Shown: positions 1-8,240, counted from the first letter of the stretch. The stretch is DNA of 64,000 bases from an uncultured Zetaproteobacteria bacterium (GCA_964628185.1 CAZVLQ010000003.1:299-64298), one strand, 5' to 3'. The notes: generated by a model from the letters alone, not told the origin. A program made the numbers and translations.

Positions 1-52
1 ACCGCTGTCCCTGCCGCGCAGTAGATTTCTCATAAGTCCGACAGGCTCCTAG
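1..52. mobile_element. Window-truncated end of MITE-like repeat family B, terminating in CTAG
   Basis: 51/52 nt identical to 30375..30426, the right end of the complete family-B copy. Includes the 20-nt terminal repeat TAAGTCCGACAGGCTCCTAG. Confidence 0.6.
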
Positions 53-1647
53 CGCCGCAGCAGCAGGCCGGCGCCCACGATTGTCGCCAGCAGCCCGGCC
101 GGCAGATACCACGGCCCGGCCGCATATTGCACCGTGGCCACGCTGCCGCCCGCCACGCAGAGAATACCGCCGATGCGCTGCCACAGGGGCGCCTCGGCCA
201 TGGCCGGAGCGGAAGCGCCGCCCTGCCTGCCTGCCAGCACCTGCTCAATTCTGGCGGGCAGCCCCAGCCAGTCCGCCAGTCCCGTGCGTATTTCTTCCGC
301 CCCCTGTTGCAGACGCGCCGCCGGCCCCATATTTTTCGCCACCCACCCGGTCACCAGCGGCCTGGCCATCTCCCAGATATTGGCCTGCTCCGCCAGCTCG
401 CGAGCGAGCCCCTCGATTACCACCATGGTCTTTTGCAGCAGCAGCAACTGGGGCTGGGTTTCCATCTGAAAGCGTTCGGTCACGGCAAACATGCAGAACA
501 GCAGCTCCGCCAGCGATATTTCAGCCAGCGGGCGGTTAAAAATAGGTTCGGCGATTTCACGCAGGGCATCCTCGAAGGCCGACATGTCCGTCCCCGGAGG
601 CACGTAACCGGCCTCCAGGTGGACGAGGGCGGCGCGCCGGTAATCACGTTTCAGGAAAGCAAGAAGCATATCAGCCAGATACAAACGGCTTTTCATGTCC
701 AGCCTGCCGACAATACCGAAGTCCACCAGCACGATATCGCCGTTTTTAGCCACGAATATATTGCCGGGATGCATGTCGGCATGGAAATAGCCGTCCACGA
801 ACACCATGTGGAAAAACAGCGTGGACGTACGTTCGCACAATGACAGACAGTCATACCCGGCCGCCACCAGTTCAGCCTTCTCATCAATGGAAATGCCGGA
901 AATACGCTCGCTGGTCAGTACCTCGGCATGGGTGTAATCCCAGATAATCATGGGAATATAGACGCCCTCAACCTCGGCGAGATTCTCGGCGAAGCGGGCG
1001 GCATGCGCGCCCTCGGCCCGCAGGTTCAGCTCGCCGCGGATGGTGGTGGCGAACTCTTCCACCACGCACGGTGCCTTGAGTCGCCGGTATTCGGGCAGGT
1101 AGTGGTCAAACAGCCTGGCCAGCAGTTTAAGCAGGGCAAGATCAGCCTCGATCGTCCGACGGATGGCGGGTCGACGCACCTTGACAGCCACCGGCCTGCC
1201 GTCATGCAACTCGGCGAAGTGAACCTGGGCGATGGATGCGGCCGCAACCGGCGCTTCGTTGAAGGCGCGGAAAATTCCCTCCTCGCCAAGCAACGGCTTT
1301 TTAAATACGCGCTCCAGTACCTCACGGACGGTGTCGAAGGGTTCCGGCGGCACGGCGTCCTGGAGTTTTTTCAGCTCCATGGCTACATCCATGGGCAACA
1401 GATCAACGCGGGTTGAAAGCATCTGGCCGAACTTGATAAACGTGGGTCCGAGGCGTTCAAGCACCAGGCGCAGCTGCGCACCGAAGTCGCGTGACACCTC
1501 GCTGCGCAGGAAAATACGCATCAGCCAGGCATAGGGCCGAAACAGGTGCAGGCGAACCGCCAGTGCACCCATGCCGTGCGTGGCCAGCAAATGGGTGATG
1601 ACCAGCAGCCTCCACCCCTGCCGGAAGCGCGCGCCGGGATGCAACAT
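49..1647 (-). CDS. ubiB: Ubiquinone biosynthesis protein UbiB (ABC1 atypical kinase family)
   Basis: 532-aa ORF with UbiB/ABC1 signatures (FIKFGQMLSTRVDLLP, HADMHPGNIFV) and a hydrophobic C-terminus. Last gene of the ubiE-ubiJ-ubiB string. Confidence 0.93.
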   Translation of the reverse strand: MLHPGARFRQGWRLLVITHLLATHGMGALAVRLHLFRPYAWLMRIFLRSEVSRDFGAQLRLVLERLGPTFIKFGQMLSTRVDLLPMDVAMELKKLQDAVPPEPFDTVREVLERVFKKPLLGEEGIFRAFNEAPVAAASIAQVHFAELHDGRPVAVKVRRPAIRRTIEADLALLKLLARLFDHYLPEYRRLKAPCVVEEFATTIRGELNLRAEGAHAARFAENLAEVEGVYIPMIIWDYTHAEVLTSERISGISIDEKAELVAAGYDCLSLCERTSTLFFHMVFVDGYFHADMHPGNIFVAKNGDIVLVDFGIVGRLDMKSRLYLADMLLAFLKRDYRRAALVHLEAGYVPPGTDMSAFEDALREIAEPIFNRPLAEISLAELLFCMFAVTERFQMETQPQLLLLQKTMVVIEGLARELAEQANIWEMARPLVTGWVAKNMGPAARLQQGAEEIRTGLADWLGLPARIEQVLAGRQGGASAPAMAEAPLWQRIGGILCVAGGSVATVQYAAGPWYLPAGLLATIVGAGLLLRR

Positions 1648-1648
1648 A

Positions 1649-2395
1649 CTAGCTCACAGGTCCCCGTTTCGATTTGGGAGAAACGGGGTCAGGTCTTGAA
1701 TCGCGCACCGTTTTGTTCATGACCTGATTCGTGCGCGATTCAAGACCTGACCCCGTTTTTTCCTTCGAGGCCTTCTCCAGCCGGGTTAACCTTGTTTTGA
1801 GACGGCGCGACCGGCGTATGGCGTCTTCCACCCCGGCTTGCCATGCCTCGAAGCGTTCCTGATCCGGGATGTTCATCTCCTTCAGACAACGCCTGGCAGC
1901 CGCGCCGGAGGCCGTGGACACCTTGGCTTCCGCTTCGATCAGCATCGTTGCGGCCCGCGCCACCCGGTTGCCAAAATACTCACCAAAGGCGGAACGCAGT
2001 TCACGCTCCCAGTCTATATCCGCCGCCGCCAGCAACTTTTTGAACCGCAGCATGGCTTCGGAATCACCGGAAAGTTTCAATACCTGCTGAAAAACCAGAT
2101 CATCGGCGTTCTCGCGGGCGAAGCACAGGCGGGCAAAACCGGCCGTGGTGGCATCGATACGCACGTCCACCTCACCCTCATGCGCCGTATGCACCCAGGG
2201 CCTGCCGGCGCGGAAGCCCATATAAAAGACCGTATTCATGTCCCGCACATGAACACGGAATACGCGGCCGTCCAGTCCGTCCAGCATTGGCGCCAGCGTC
2301 TCGTTGTGCGTGAAAAACAGATCCAGCACCGTGGACAAAACCACGGCCTGCACCGGGGCCGGAATCAGGCGAAGGGGGATAAACATCAGGCTCAC
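1649..2395 (-). CDS. ubiJ: Ubiquinone biosynthesis accessory factor UbiJ (SCP2 domain), with an elongated C-terminal tail
   Basis: 248-aa ORF between ubiE and ubiB with an SCP2-like N-terminal half. GTG start overlaps the ubiE stop (GTGA). The stop lies 1 nt from the ubiB start. Confidence 0.8.
   Translation of the reverse strand: MSLMFIPLRLIPAPVQAVVLSTVLDLFFTHNETLAPMLDGLDGRVFRVHVRDMNTVFYMGFRAGRPWVHTAHEGEVDVRIDATTAGFARLCFARENADDLVFQQVLKLSGDSEAMLRFKKLLAAADIDWERELRSAFGEYFGNRVARAATMLIEAEAKVSTASGAAARRCLKEMNIPDQERFEAWQAGVEDAIRRSRRLKTRLTRLEKASKEKTGSGLESRTNQVMNKTVRDSRPDPVSPKSKRGPVS
1662..1758. repeat. Nested palindromic (REP/MITE-like) element inside the 3' end of ubiJ
   Basis: Perfect 28-bp inverted repeat AAACGGGGTCAGGTCTTGAATCGCGCAC (1681-1708) / GTGCGCGATTCAAGACCTGACCCCGTTT (1731-1758) with a 22-nt loop. 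An extra arm CCCCGTTTC (1662-1670) can pair with GAAACGGGG (1680-1688). Confidence 0.8.
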
Positions 2396-3165
2396 GTGAT
2401 TTTATACCCCCGGTGCAAGGCGACGATCCCCCCCGTCATATTATTAAAGCGGACCAGCTTGAAGCCCGCCTGCGCGATCAGTCCGGCAAAGCGACTCTGA
2501 TCCGGAAAACGGCGAATGGATTCCACAAGATACTGATAGGAGGCGCGGTCCCCGGTGACGATTTCCCCCAGTGCCGGAATGATATTAAAGGAATAGGCGT
2601 CGTAAACAATATCGAGCAATGGCAGGACCGGACGGGAAAATTCGAGGCAGATGAATTGTCCCCCCGGCCTGAGTATCCGATAAAACTCCGCCAGACCCGC
2701 CTCAATATCGACAAAATTACGTATGCCGAAAGCGATGGACGCCACATCAAAGACATCGTCCGCAAATGGCAGTTGCATGCCATTGGCGCGGATGCAATCC
2801 GCCCGGCCCGGCAAAAGCCCGGCATCAATCATCCGCCGCGCCCCGCGGGCCAGCATCGGACCGTTCATATCCGTCAGCACCACGCGACCATGCTCCGCAT
2901 CCGGCCCCGTTTTCCCCGCGGCGGCCTTTTTTGCCATACCGAGCGCGATATCGCCGCTTCCGGCCGCCACATCCAGCACCCGGCTGCCGGTGCGGACCGC
3001 AGCCATGGAAAGCATGCGGTGCTTCCACAGCCGGTGCAGACCTCCGCTCATCAGGTCGTTCATCAAATCATATTTTCCGGCCACCGAGGAAAAGACGTCC
3101 ATGACCCGCCGGCGTTTTTCATCCTCCGTGACGGTTTCAAAACCGAAATGCGCCTGCTGCTCCAT
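2392..3165 (-). CDS. ubiE: Demethylmenaquinone / 2-methoxy-6-polyprenyl-1,4-benzoquinol C-methyltransferase
   Basis: 257 aa. Has the UbiE/MenG N-terminal signature (VAGKYDLMNDLMSGGLHRLWK) and a SAM motif (VLDVAAGSGD). Confidence 0.95.
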   Translation of the reverse strand: MEQQAHFGFETVTEDEKRRRVMDVFSSVAGKYDLMNDLMSGGLHRLWKHRMLSMAAVRTGSRVLDVAAGSGDIALGMAKKAAAGKTGPDAEHGRVVLTDMNGPMLARGARRMIDAGLLPGRADCIRANGMQLPFADDVFDVASIAFGIRNFVDIEAGLAEFYRILRPGGQFICLEFSRPVLPLLDIVYDAYSFNIIPALGEIVTGDRASYQYLVESIRRFPDQSRFAGLIAQAGFKLVRFNNMTGGIVALHRGYKIT

Positions 3166-3211
3166 GCACCAATCGTAACAGCCCGGCTCTTCCCCTCCAA
3201 CAACAATACTC

Positions 3212-3344
3212 GGTAGGCAGTGGGCAGTAATCAGTAATCAGTAATCAGTAATCAGTAGGCAGTAGGCAGTAGGCAGTTTACTGGCGACTGACGGCTGACG
3301 GCTGACGGCTGACGACTGACGACTGACGACTGATTACTGTCTGC
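3212..3344. repeat. Heptanucleotide tandem-repeat array (19 units in one register; STRR-like)
   Basis: GGTAGGC AGTGGGC (AGTAATC)x4 (AGTAGGC)x3 AGTTTAC TGGCGAC (TGACGGC)x3 (TGACGAC)x3 TGATTAC TGTCTGC. Lies in the ubiE/nrdJ divergent intergenic region. Confidence 0.9.
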
Positions 3345-3417
3345 TAACAAGCTGTGGAAAAACGGTGTATGGATTGTTCATAAAAACGCTAGAAGTGGTT
3401 GTCGAGAGTACCTTGAC

Positions 3418-3433
3418 ACCCAACATATAGGGT
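3418..3433. promoter_or_regulatory. Candidate NrdR box overlapping a TTGACA -35-like hexamer upstream of nrdJa
   Basis: ACCCAACATATAGGGT is a 6/8 half-site palindrome. It matches about 13/16 positions of the NrdR-box consensus acaCwAtATaTwGtgt as I recall it. TTGACA lies at 3414-3419. No second box was found at the usual ~31-bp spacing. Confidence 0.3.
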
Positions 3434-3525
3434 TATAGGCTGGCGCCTTGGCATCAGGAATGCCGGTGGTTCAAAACCATGCCATTCGCTGCGTAAAATG
3501 ATAGACTATGGGGAGGAGCTATCGT

Positions 3526-6500
3526 ATGAATCTGGCCGAAATCAAGGAATCCGAACAGGCAAATACCAGTTTCACCAGCGAAAGCGCCGTTGCCGGCATT
3601 CCGTTGCAAAAAGCGTCCGAAGATATCTGGGACAAAAAATATCGCCTGAAGGACAAGTGCGGCAATGCCGTGGATCGAACGATCGAGGATACCTACACGC
3701 GTGTTGCCGGGGCGCTGGCCAGGGTGGAAGAGCCTGGAAAGCGCGACTTCTGGCGTGAGCGCTTTGTCTGGGCGCTGGAACACGGCGCCATCCCCGCCGG
3801 CCGCATCATCTCCAACGCAGGCGCCGCCGAGCACAAGCCCGCCACATCCACGATCAACTGCACCGTGTCCGGGCAGATCCCCGACTCGATGAACGGCATC
3901 CTCTCCATGGTACACGAAGCAGGCCTGACGCTGAAGGCCGGCTGCGTCGCTCCCGGCACGCTAGTATATACGGAGCAGGGATTGGTTACGGCCGATCGGG
4001 CGGTTGCGGAAAAGCATGAGCGTATCCTCAGTTACGATCGCGACCACGGCCGATTTGAATTGCGTTGTATTGAGAGGCACATGACCACGCATGTGCCGAG
4101 AGCAGAAAATATAGAGATCGTCGCAGGCTGCGCATCAATCAAGACCTCGGTCGCGCACCCGGTGTTGGTCTGCCGCGATGATCGCTTGCAATATGTGCGG
4201 GCGGACGACGTGCGCGCAGACGATGCGCTCATACAACACAGTTTTCCATGGACGGCCGACAGGGCACAGTCACTGGAAGCCTGGTTCGCCGGCGCACACC
4301 TGGGTGATGGCAGTGCCTATGAGAAACAGTTTACTTATAAGAAGACCCGCAACTCCTGGGCTGCGCGAGCGAAAGCAAACGGGAAACGTCTCATATTCAA
4401 AATCCGCGCGGCAGAGCGTGAAGTAGTTGAACGTTATGCGGCCTTTTTCCGTGCCTTCTGCGGATCACAGGCGCGGGTCGTTGCCGGCCATACGTACAAC
4501 GGCACACCGGTGTGGGATTTCACCGTGGCGAGTTTCGGGGCCAGCAAGGCAGCTGAACTCATCGATCATCAAACCGGGAAAAAATCCGGGGCACTGTTCG
4601 TGCCGGCCTGGATTGCACAACATCCGGAGAGCTTTTTCCTGCCCTTTCTTGCCGGACTGATTGATACCGATGGTACCGTCAGCAAGGAACGCGGCAGTGC
4701 CATACTGGCAACACAGTGTGAGCAGTTTGCACACGAGATTAAATCACTGCTGGGTTTGTTTGATGTGCGTGCCGGAATCACCCGGCGAAAACCGCGCAGT
4801 CATGAATATCACGGGCACGTTATTCACGATGACGGTGGTTTCATGGTTAAGATTTCCGATTCGGACTTCCTCCAGCAGGTTGCTGAATTTATGGCCGATA
4901 GCGGCAAGCGTCGCCGGATCCGGGAGCATGCATCGCAATCGGGTCAATACGATCGTTTCGTGATGTCAACAGCATTACGCGAAGCATTGCAGCGGGAAAT
5001 CGACGGGCTTTCTCATCTTGATCGGCAGAAACTGGGTTTTTATCATGGCTATCACCAGGCACGTGTGGTCAGTCGTATCTGGTTAAAACGGTGGCAACAA
5101 AGTTTTCCGCATTTACACAAGTTGATAGCATTCGTACGGACACTGCGGCCTGTCGATTCGATCAAACGCAACCTCGATCTGCCGGAAACCTTTTTCGACT
5201 TTTCCGTCGAAAAACACAATAACTATCTGGCCGGAAACAACGGCTTGGTCGTGATTCACAACTGCGGCATCGGCTATGAATTTTCCACACTGCGCCCCAG
5301 GGGGGCCTATGTGTCCGGCGCCGGCGCCTACACCTCCGGACCGCTTTCATTCATGGATATCTTCGACAAGATGTGCTTTACGGTGTCTTCCGCCGGCGGT
5401 CGTCGCGGCGCCCAGATGGGCACCTTCGACATCTCGCATCCGGACATCGTGGATTTCGTTCGCGCCAAGCGGGAAAACGGCCGCCTGCGCCAGTTCAACC
5501 TGTCCTGCCTGATCACCGCGGATTTCATGGAGGCGGTAAAAAACGACGCCGCCTGGGATCTGGTCTTTCCCGCCAATGCCGGCGAAATGGATGAAGATGG
5601 GGCCCGCATCGTATGGCGCAACTGGCCGATTAAATCGGATGAATACACCACCGACGAACAGGGGCGCGTGGCCTGCAAGGTGTACAAAACCATACGTGCC
5701 CGGCGCCTGTGGGATGTCATCATGGCATCCACCTACGACTACGCCGAACCCGGCTTCATTCTCATTGACCGTGTCAACGAGATGAACAACAACTGGTTCT
5801 GCGAAAATGTCCGCGCCACCAACCCGTGCGGCGAGCAGCCGCTTCCGCCCTACGGCGCTTGTTTGCTCGGTTCGATCAACCTTACCCGGTTCGTGCGCGA
5901 ACCGTTCACCGGGAAGGCCGGTTTCGACTGGGATGAGTTCCGCGGGGTGGTGCGCGTATTTACCCGCATGCTGGACAACGTGGTCGAGATCAACGGCCTG
6001 CCGCTGGAAAAGCAACGCCGGGAAATTATGTCCAAGCGCCGCCACGGCATGGGCTTTCTGGGCCTGGGCAGCACGCTGACCATGCTGCGCACGCCCTACG
6101 GATCGGAAGATTCGCTCGGATTTACCGAAAAAATCGCCTATGAGATGGCGCGCACGGGCTATGAAACCGGTCTGGAACTGGCACGGGAAAAAGGCGTTGC
6201 GCCCATCATGGACGAGGAATTTGAGATCACGCCCGAGATGATGGCCAGGCGGCCGGAACTGGCGGAAGACGGTATTCGTATCGGAGACCGTTTGCGCGGC
6301 CGGGTGCTGTGGGCGCGCTACTCGCGCTACCTGCAACAGTTCGCCAATACGGGCAAGGCCGGGGATGCCGCCCTGCTAAAGCAGCTTGAGGAAACCGGCT
6401 GTCGCTTTACGCATCACACATCCATCGCTCCGACCGGCACCATCTCCCTGTCGCTGGCAAACAACGCCTCCAACGGTATCGAGCCCAGCTTCGCGCATCA

Positions 6501-7020
6501 CTACGCGCGCAACGTGATCCGCGAAGGGCGCAAGACCAAGGAGAAGGTGGATGTCTATTCCTTTGAACTTCTGGCCTACCGTGAACTGGTGAATCCGAAG
6601 GCCATGCCGTTTACCTCCGATGAGGATGTCAGGCTGCCGGACTATTTCATCAGCGCCGACGACGTCACGCCCAAGCAGCACGTGGATATTCAGGCCGCCG
6701 CCCAGCGCTGGGTGGATTCCTCCATCTCCAAGACGGCCAATGTGCCCACGGATTTCCCCTATGAAGATTTCAAGGATATCTACCTCTATGCCTACGCCAG
6801 TGGGCTGAAGGGATGCACCACGTTTCGCTTCAATCCGGAGGCGTTCCAGGGTGTGCTGGTCAAGGAAGAGGACCTCGCCAACACCACGTACCGCTTTACA
6901 CTGGACGATGGCAGCACCATCGAGCTTAAGGGTAATGAGGAGGTGGAATACGATGGAGAAATGCACACCGCCGCCAATCTTTTCGACGCCCTGAAAGAAG
7001 GGTATTACGGAAAATTCTGA
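3526..7020 (+). CDS. nrdJa: Adenosylcobalamin-dependent (class II) ribonucleotide reductase, large fragment NrdJa, interrupted by an intein
   Basis: Class II RNR motifs are present (TINCTVSG, CGIGYEFSTLRPRGA, GGRRGAQMG, NPCGEQPLP). GGAGG sits 9 nt upstream of the ATG at 3526. The ORF opens at 3508, so the start is ambiguous between the two. Confidence 0.92.
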   Translation: MNLAEIKESEQANTSFTSESAVAGIPLQKASEDIWDKKYRLKDKCGNAVDRTIEDTYTRVAGALARVEEPGKRDFWRERFVWALEHGAIPAGRIISNAGAAEHKPATSTINCTVSGQIPDSMNGILSMVHEAGLTLKAGCVAPGTLVYTEQGLVTADRAVAEKHERILSYDRDHGRFELRCIERHMTTHVPRAENIEIVAGCASIKTSVAHPVLVCRDDRLQYVRADDVRADDALIQHSFPWTADRAQSLEAWFAGAHLGDGSAYEKQFTYKKTRNSWAARAKANGKRLIFKIRAAEREVVERYAAFFRAFCGSQARVVAGHTYNGTPVWDFTVASFGASKAAELIDHQTGKKSGALFVPAWIAQHPESFFLPFLAGLIDTDGTVSKERGSAILATQCEQFAHEIKSLLGLFDVRAGITRRKPRSHEYHGHVIHDDGGFMVKISDSDFLQQVAEFMADSGKRRRIREHASQSGQYDRFVMSTALREALQREIDGLSHLDRQKLGFYHGYHQARVVSRIWLKRWQQSFPHLHKLIAFVRTLRPVDSIKRNLDLPETFFDFSVEKHNNYLAGNNGLVVIHNCGIGYEFSTLRPRGAYVSGAGAYTSGPLSFMDIFDKMCFTVSSAGGRRGAQMGTFDISHPDIVDFVRAKRENGRLRQFNLSCLITADFMEAVKNDAAWDLVFPANAGEMDEDGARIVWRNWPIKSDEYTTDEQGRVACKVYKTIRARRLWDVIMASTYDYAEPGFILIDRVNEMNNNWFCENVRATNPCGEQPLPPYGACLLGSINLTRFVREPFTGKAGFDWDEFRGVVRVFTRMLDNVVEINGLPLEKQRREIMSKRRHGMGFLGLGSTLTMLRTPYGSEDSLGFTEKIAYEMARTGYETGLELAREKGVAPIMDEEFEITPEMMARRPELAEDGIRIGDRLRGRVLWARYSRYLQQFANTGKAGDAALLKQLEETGCRFTHHTSIAPTGTISLSLANNASNGIEPSFAHHYARNVIREGRKTKEKVDVYSFELLAYRELVNPKAMPFTSDEDVRLPDYFISADDVTPKQHVDIQAAAQRWVDSSISKTANVPTDFPYEDFKDIYLYAYASGLKGCTTFRFNPEAFQGVLVKEEDLANTTYRFTLDDGSTIELKGNEEVEYDGEMHTAANLFDALKEGYYGKF
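3943..5262 (+). mobile_element. Intein (440 aa) with LAGLIDADG homing-endonuclease domain
   Basis: Cys1 in CVAPGTLVYTEQG, a block-B-like KTSVAHPVLV, dodecapeptide motifs AGAHLGDGSAY and FLAGLIDTDGTV, and blocks F/G DFSVEKHNNYLAGNNGLVVIHN followed by Cys+1. The spliced junction reads TLKAG-CGIGYEF. Confidence 0.9.
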
Positions 7021-7062
7021 TGTGCAGACTGCTTTTCACCACCCGGAGACAGGAGGGGTAGC

Positions 7063-7701
7063 ATGGCAACGAAGATCGAAAAAAAAATTACCGAGGCCGA
7101 TGTCGTCAGGCCCGGAGAGGAAAAAGAGGCGGAAGCCAACATCACCCAGATCGCGCCGCTGCTGGAACGCGATGACGTGCTGGAAGGCACGACCTACAAG
7201 ATCAAGACGCCGCTTTCCGAACATGCCCTGTATATCACCATTAACGATGTGGTGATGAAGCGCGGTGAGCCGGACGAACATAAACGACCGTTTGAAATCT
7301 TCATTAATTCCAAGAATATGGAGAATTTTTCCTGGATCGTGGCGCTCACGCGCGTGATTTCGGCCGTATTTCGCAAGGGCGGGGATGTCACCTTCCTGGT
7401 GGAAGAATTGAAGGCGGTCTTTGATCCCAGGGGCGGCTACTACAAGAAGGGCGGCAAATACATGCCGTCGCTGGTGGCCGAAATCGGCGAGGTAATCCAG
7501 CAACACATGATTGCCATCGGCATGATGGAAGGTAGGCTTGCCACCCCGGAACTGGAAGCCAAGCGTGCCAAAGCCCAGGAAACGCTGGGCGAGGAAGGCA
7601 TGAAAAACGCCAACATCTGTCCCAAGTGCAATGCCAAGGCGCTGGTGCGTATGGACAACTGCGACACCTGTCTGGAATGTGGACACTCAAAATGCGGTTA
7701 A
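7063..7701 (+). CDS. nrdJb: Class II ribonucleotide reductase small C-terminal fragment NrdJb
   Basis: 212 aa with an AGGAGG RBS. Motifs TTYKIKTP, ALYITIND and PFEIFINSK, plus a C-terminal zinc ribbon CPKC...CDTCLECGHSKCG. Confidence 0.85.
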   Translation: MATKIEKKITEADVVRPGEEKEAEANITQIAPLLERDDVLEGTTYKIKTPLSEHALYITINDVVMKRGEPDEHKRPFEIFINSKNMENFSWIVALTRVISAVFRKGGDVTFLVEELKAVFDPRGGYYKKGGKYMPSLVAEIGEVIQQHMIAIGMMEGRLATPELEAKRAKAQETLGEEGMKNANICPKCNAKALVRMDNCDTCLECGHSKCG

Positions 7702-7711
7702 AAGGAAACTG

Positions 7712-8098
7712 ATGAGAACAATGGGTGAAATCAGCCGGCATCTGGCGGCATTAAGGGATACCTGGATCAGTCTCGATCATATTCCCGATGATCTCGCCGC
7801 CACGGGCCTGAGCAATATAAGCAAGCAGTCCGTCACCGATATGATTACTTCGATGTCGCGCATGGCGGATGAACTGTCCGCTGCCCCGGAAGAAGAAACG
7901 GTGATGGTGCGCCGTTCATGCGAACAGACGATAAAACTTGCCGAAGAAAACCTATCCGAACATTTGGGGCAATATCCCACCATCCACATGCTGGGCTTTC
8001 TGACGCTGCTCTACCAGATACAATCGATACTGGCAAAAACCGTGGCGGAATGTGCGCAGGAGCAAGGCGGCCGTAGCAATCCGTCCCGGGCGGCCTGA
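7712..8098 (+). CDS. Hypothetical acidic protein (128 aa) downstream of nrdJb
   Basis: An ATG preceded by AGGA lies 10 nt after the nrdJb stop. The ORF extends upstream to 7631 but overlaps nrdJb there. No motif recognised. Confidence 0.5.
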   Translation: MRTMGEISRHLAALRDTWISLDHIPDDLAATGLSNISKQSVTDMITSMSRMADELSAAPEEETVMVRRSCEQTIKLAEENLSEHLGQYPTIHMLGFLTLLYQIQSILAKTVAECAQEQGGRSNPSRAA

Positions 8099-8102
8099 TG
8101 GC

Positions 8103-8240
8103 GCGATAGTAAATCCGGTAGATCGCGCCCTGAAGGTCATCGGAGACCAGCAACGAACCATCCGGTTTCATGCAATGAATCGCGGCGAACGGAAGTCCCG
8201 CGTCGCAGATGTTGCACGGTGCGCCAATGGAAACATTATT
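8103..8240 (-). pseudogene. Possible remnant of a PQQ-dependent sugar/sorbosone dehydrogenase (C-terminal propeller blade only)
   Basis: The minus-strand translation NNVSIGAPCNICDAGLPFAAIHCMKPDGSLLVSDDLQGAIYRIYYR resembles the ...PDGsLlvSDD..G.IYRI.Y C-terminus of that family. Only about 45 aa remain, with no start and no proper stop. Confidence 0.3.

Noticed and set aside
3212-3344. Could the short-repeat array be a CRISPR array?
   Set aside because: The units are 7 nt and directly contiguous, with no spacers. No cas genes or leader are present. It is a microsatellite-like tandem repeat.
3345-3525. Cobalamin riboswitch, or a pair of NrdR boxes, upstream of the B12-dependent nrdJa
   Set aside because: I could not find a B12-box-like core, or a second NrdR box at the usual ~31-bp spacing. 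Only one weak NrdR-like palindrome (3418..3433) is reported, at low confidence.
5347-6336. 329-aa minus-strand ORF inside nrdJa
   Set aside because: It is antisense to a high-confidence gene. Its Arg/Gly/Ala/His-rich composition is typical of shadow ORFs in GC-rich DNA, and no motif is present.
7079-7087. A9 homopolymer at codons 6-8 of nrdJb as a slippage or phase-variation site
   Set aside because: It simply encodes Glu-Lys-Lys-Ile in an intact frame, and I see no alternative-frame product. It is noted only as unusual for GC-rich DNA. A similar A8 run occurs in corC at about 51183.
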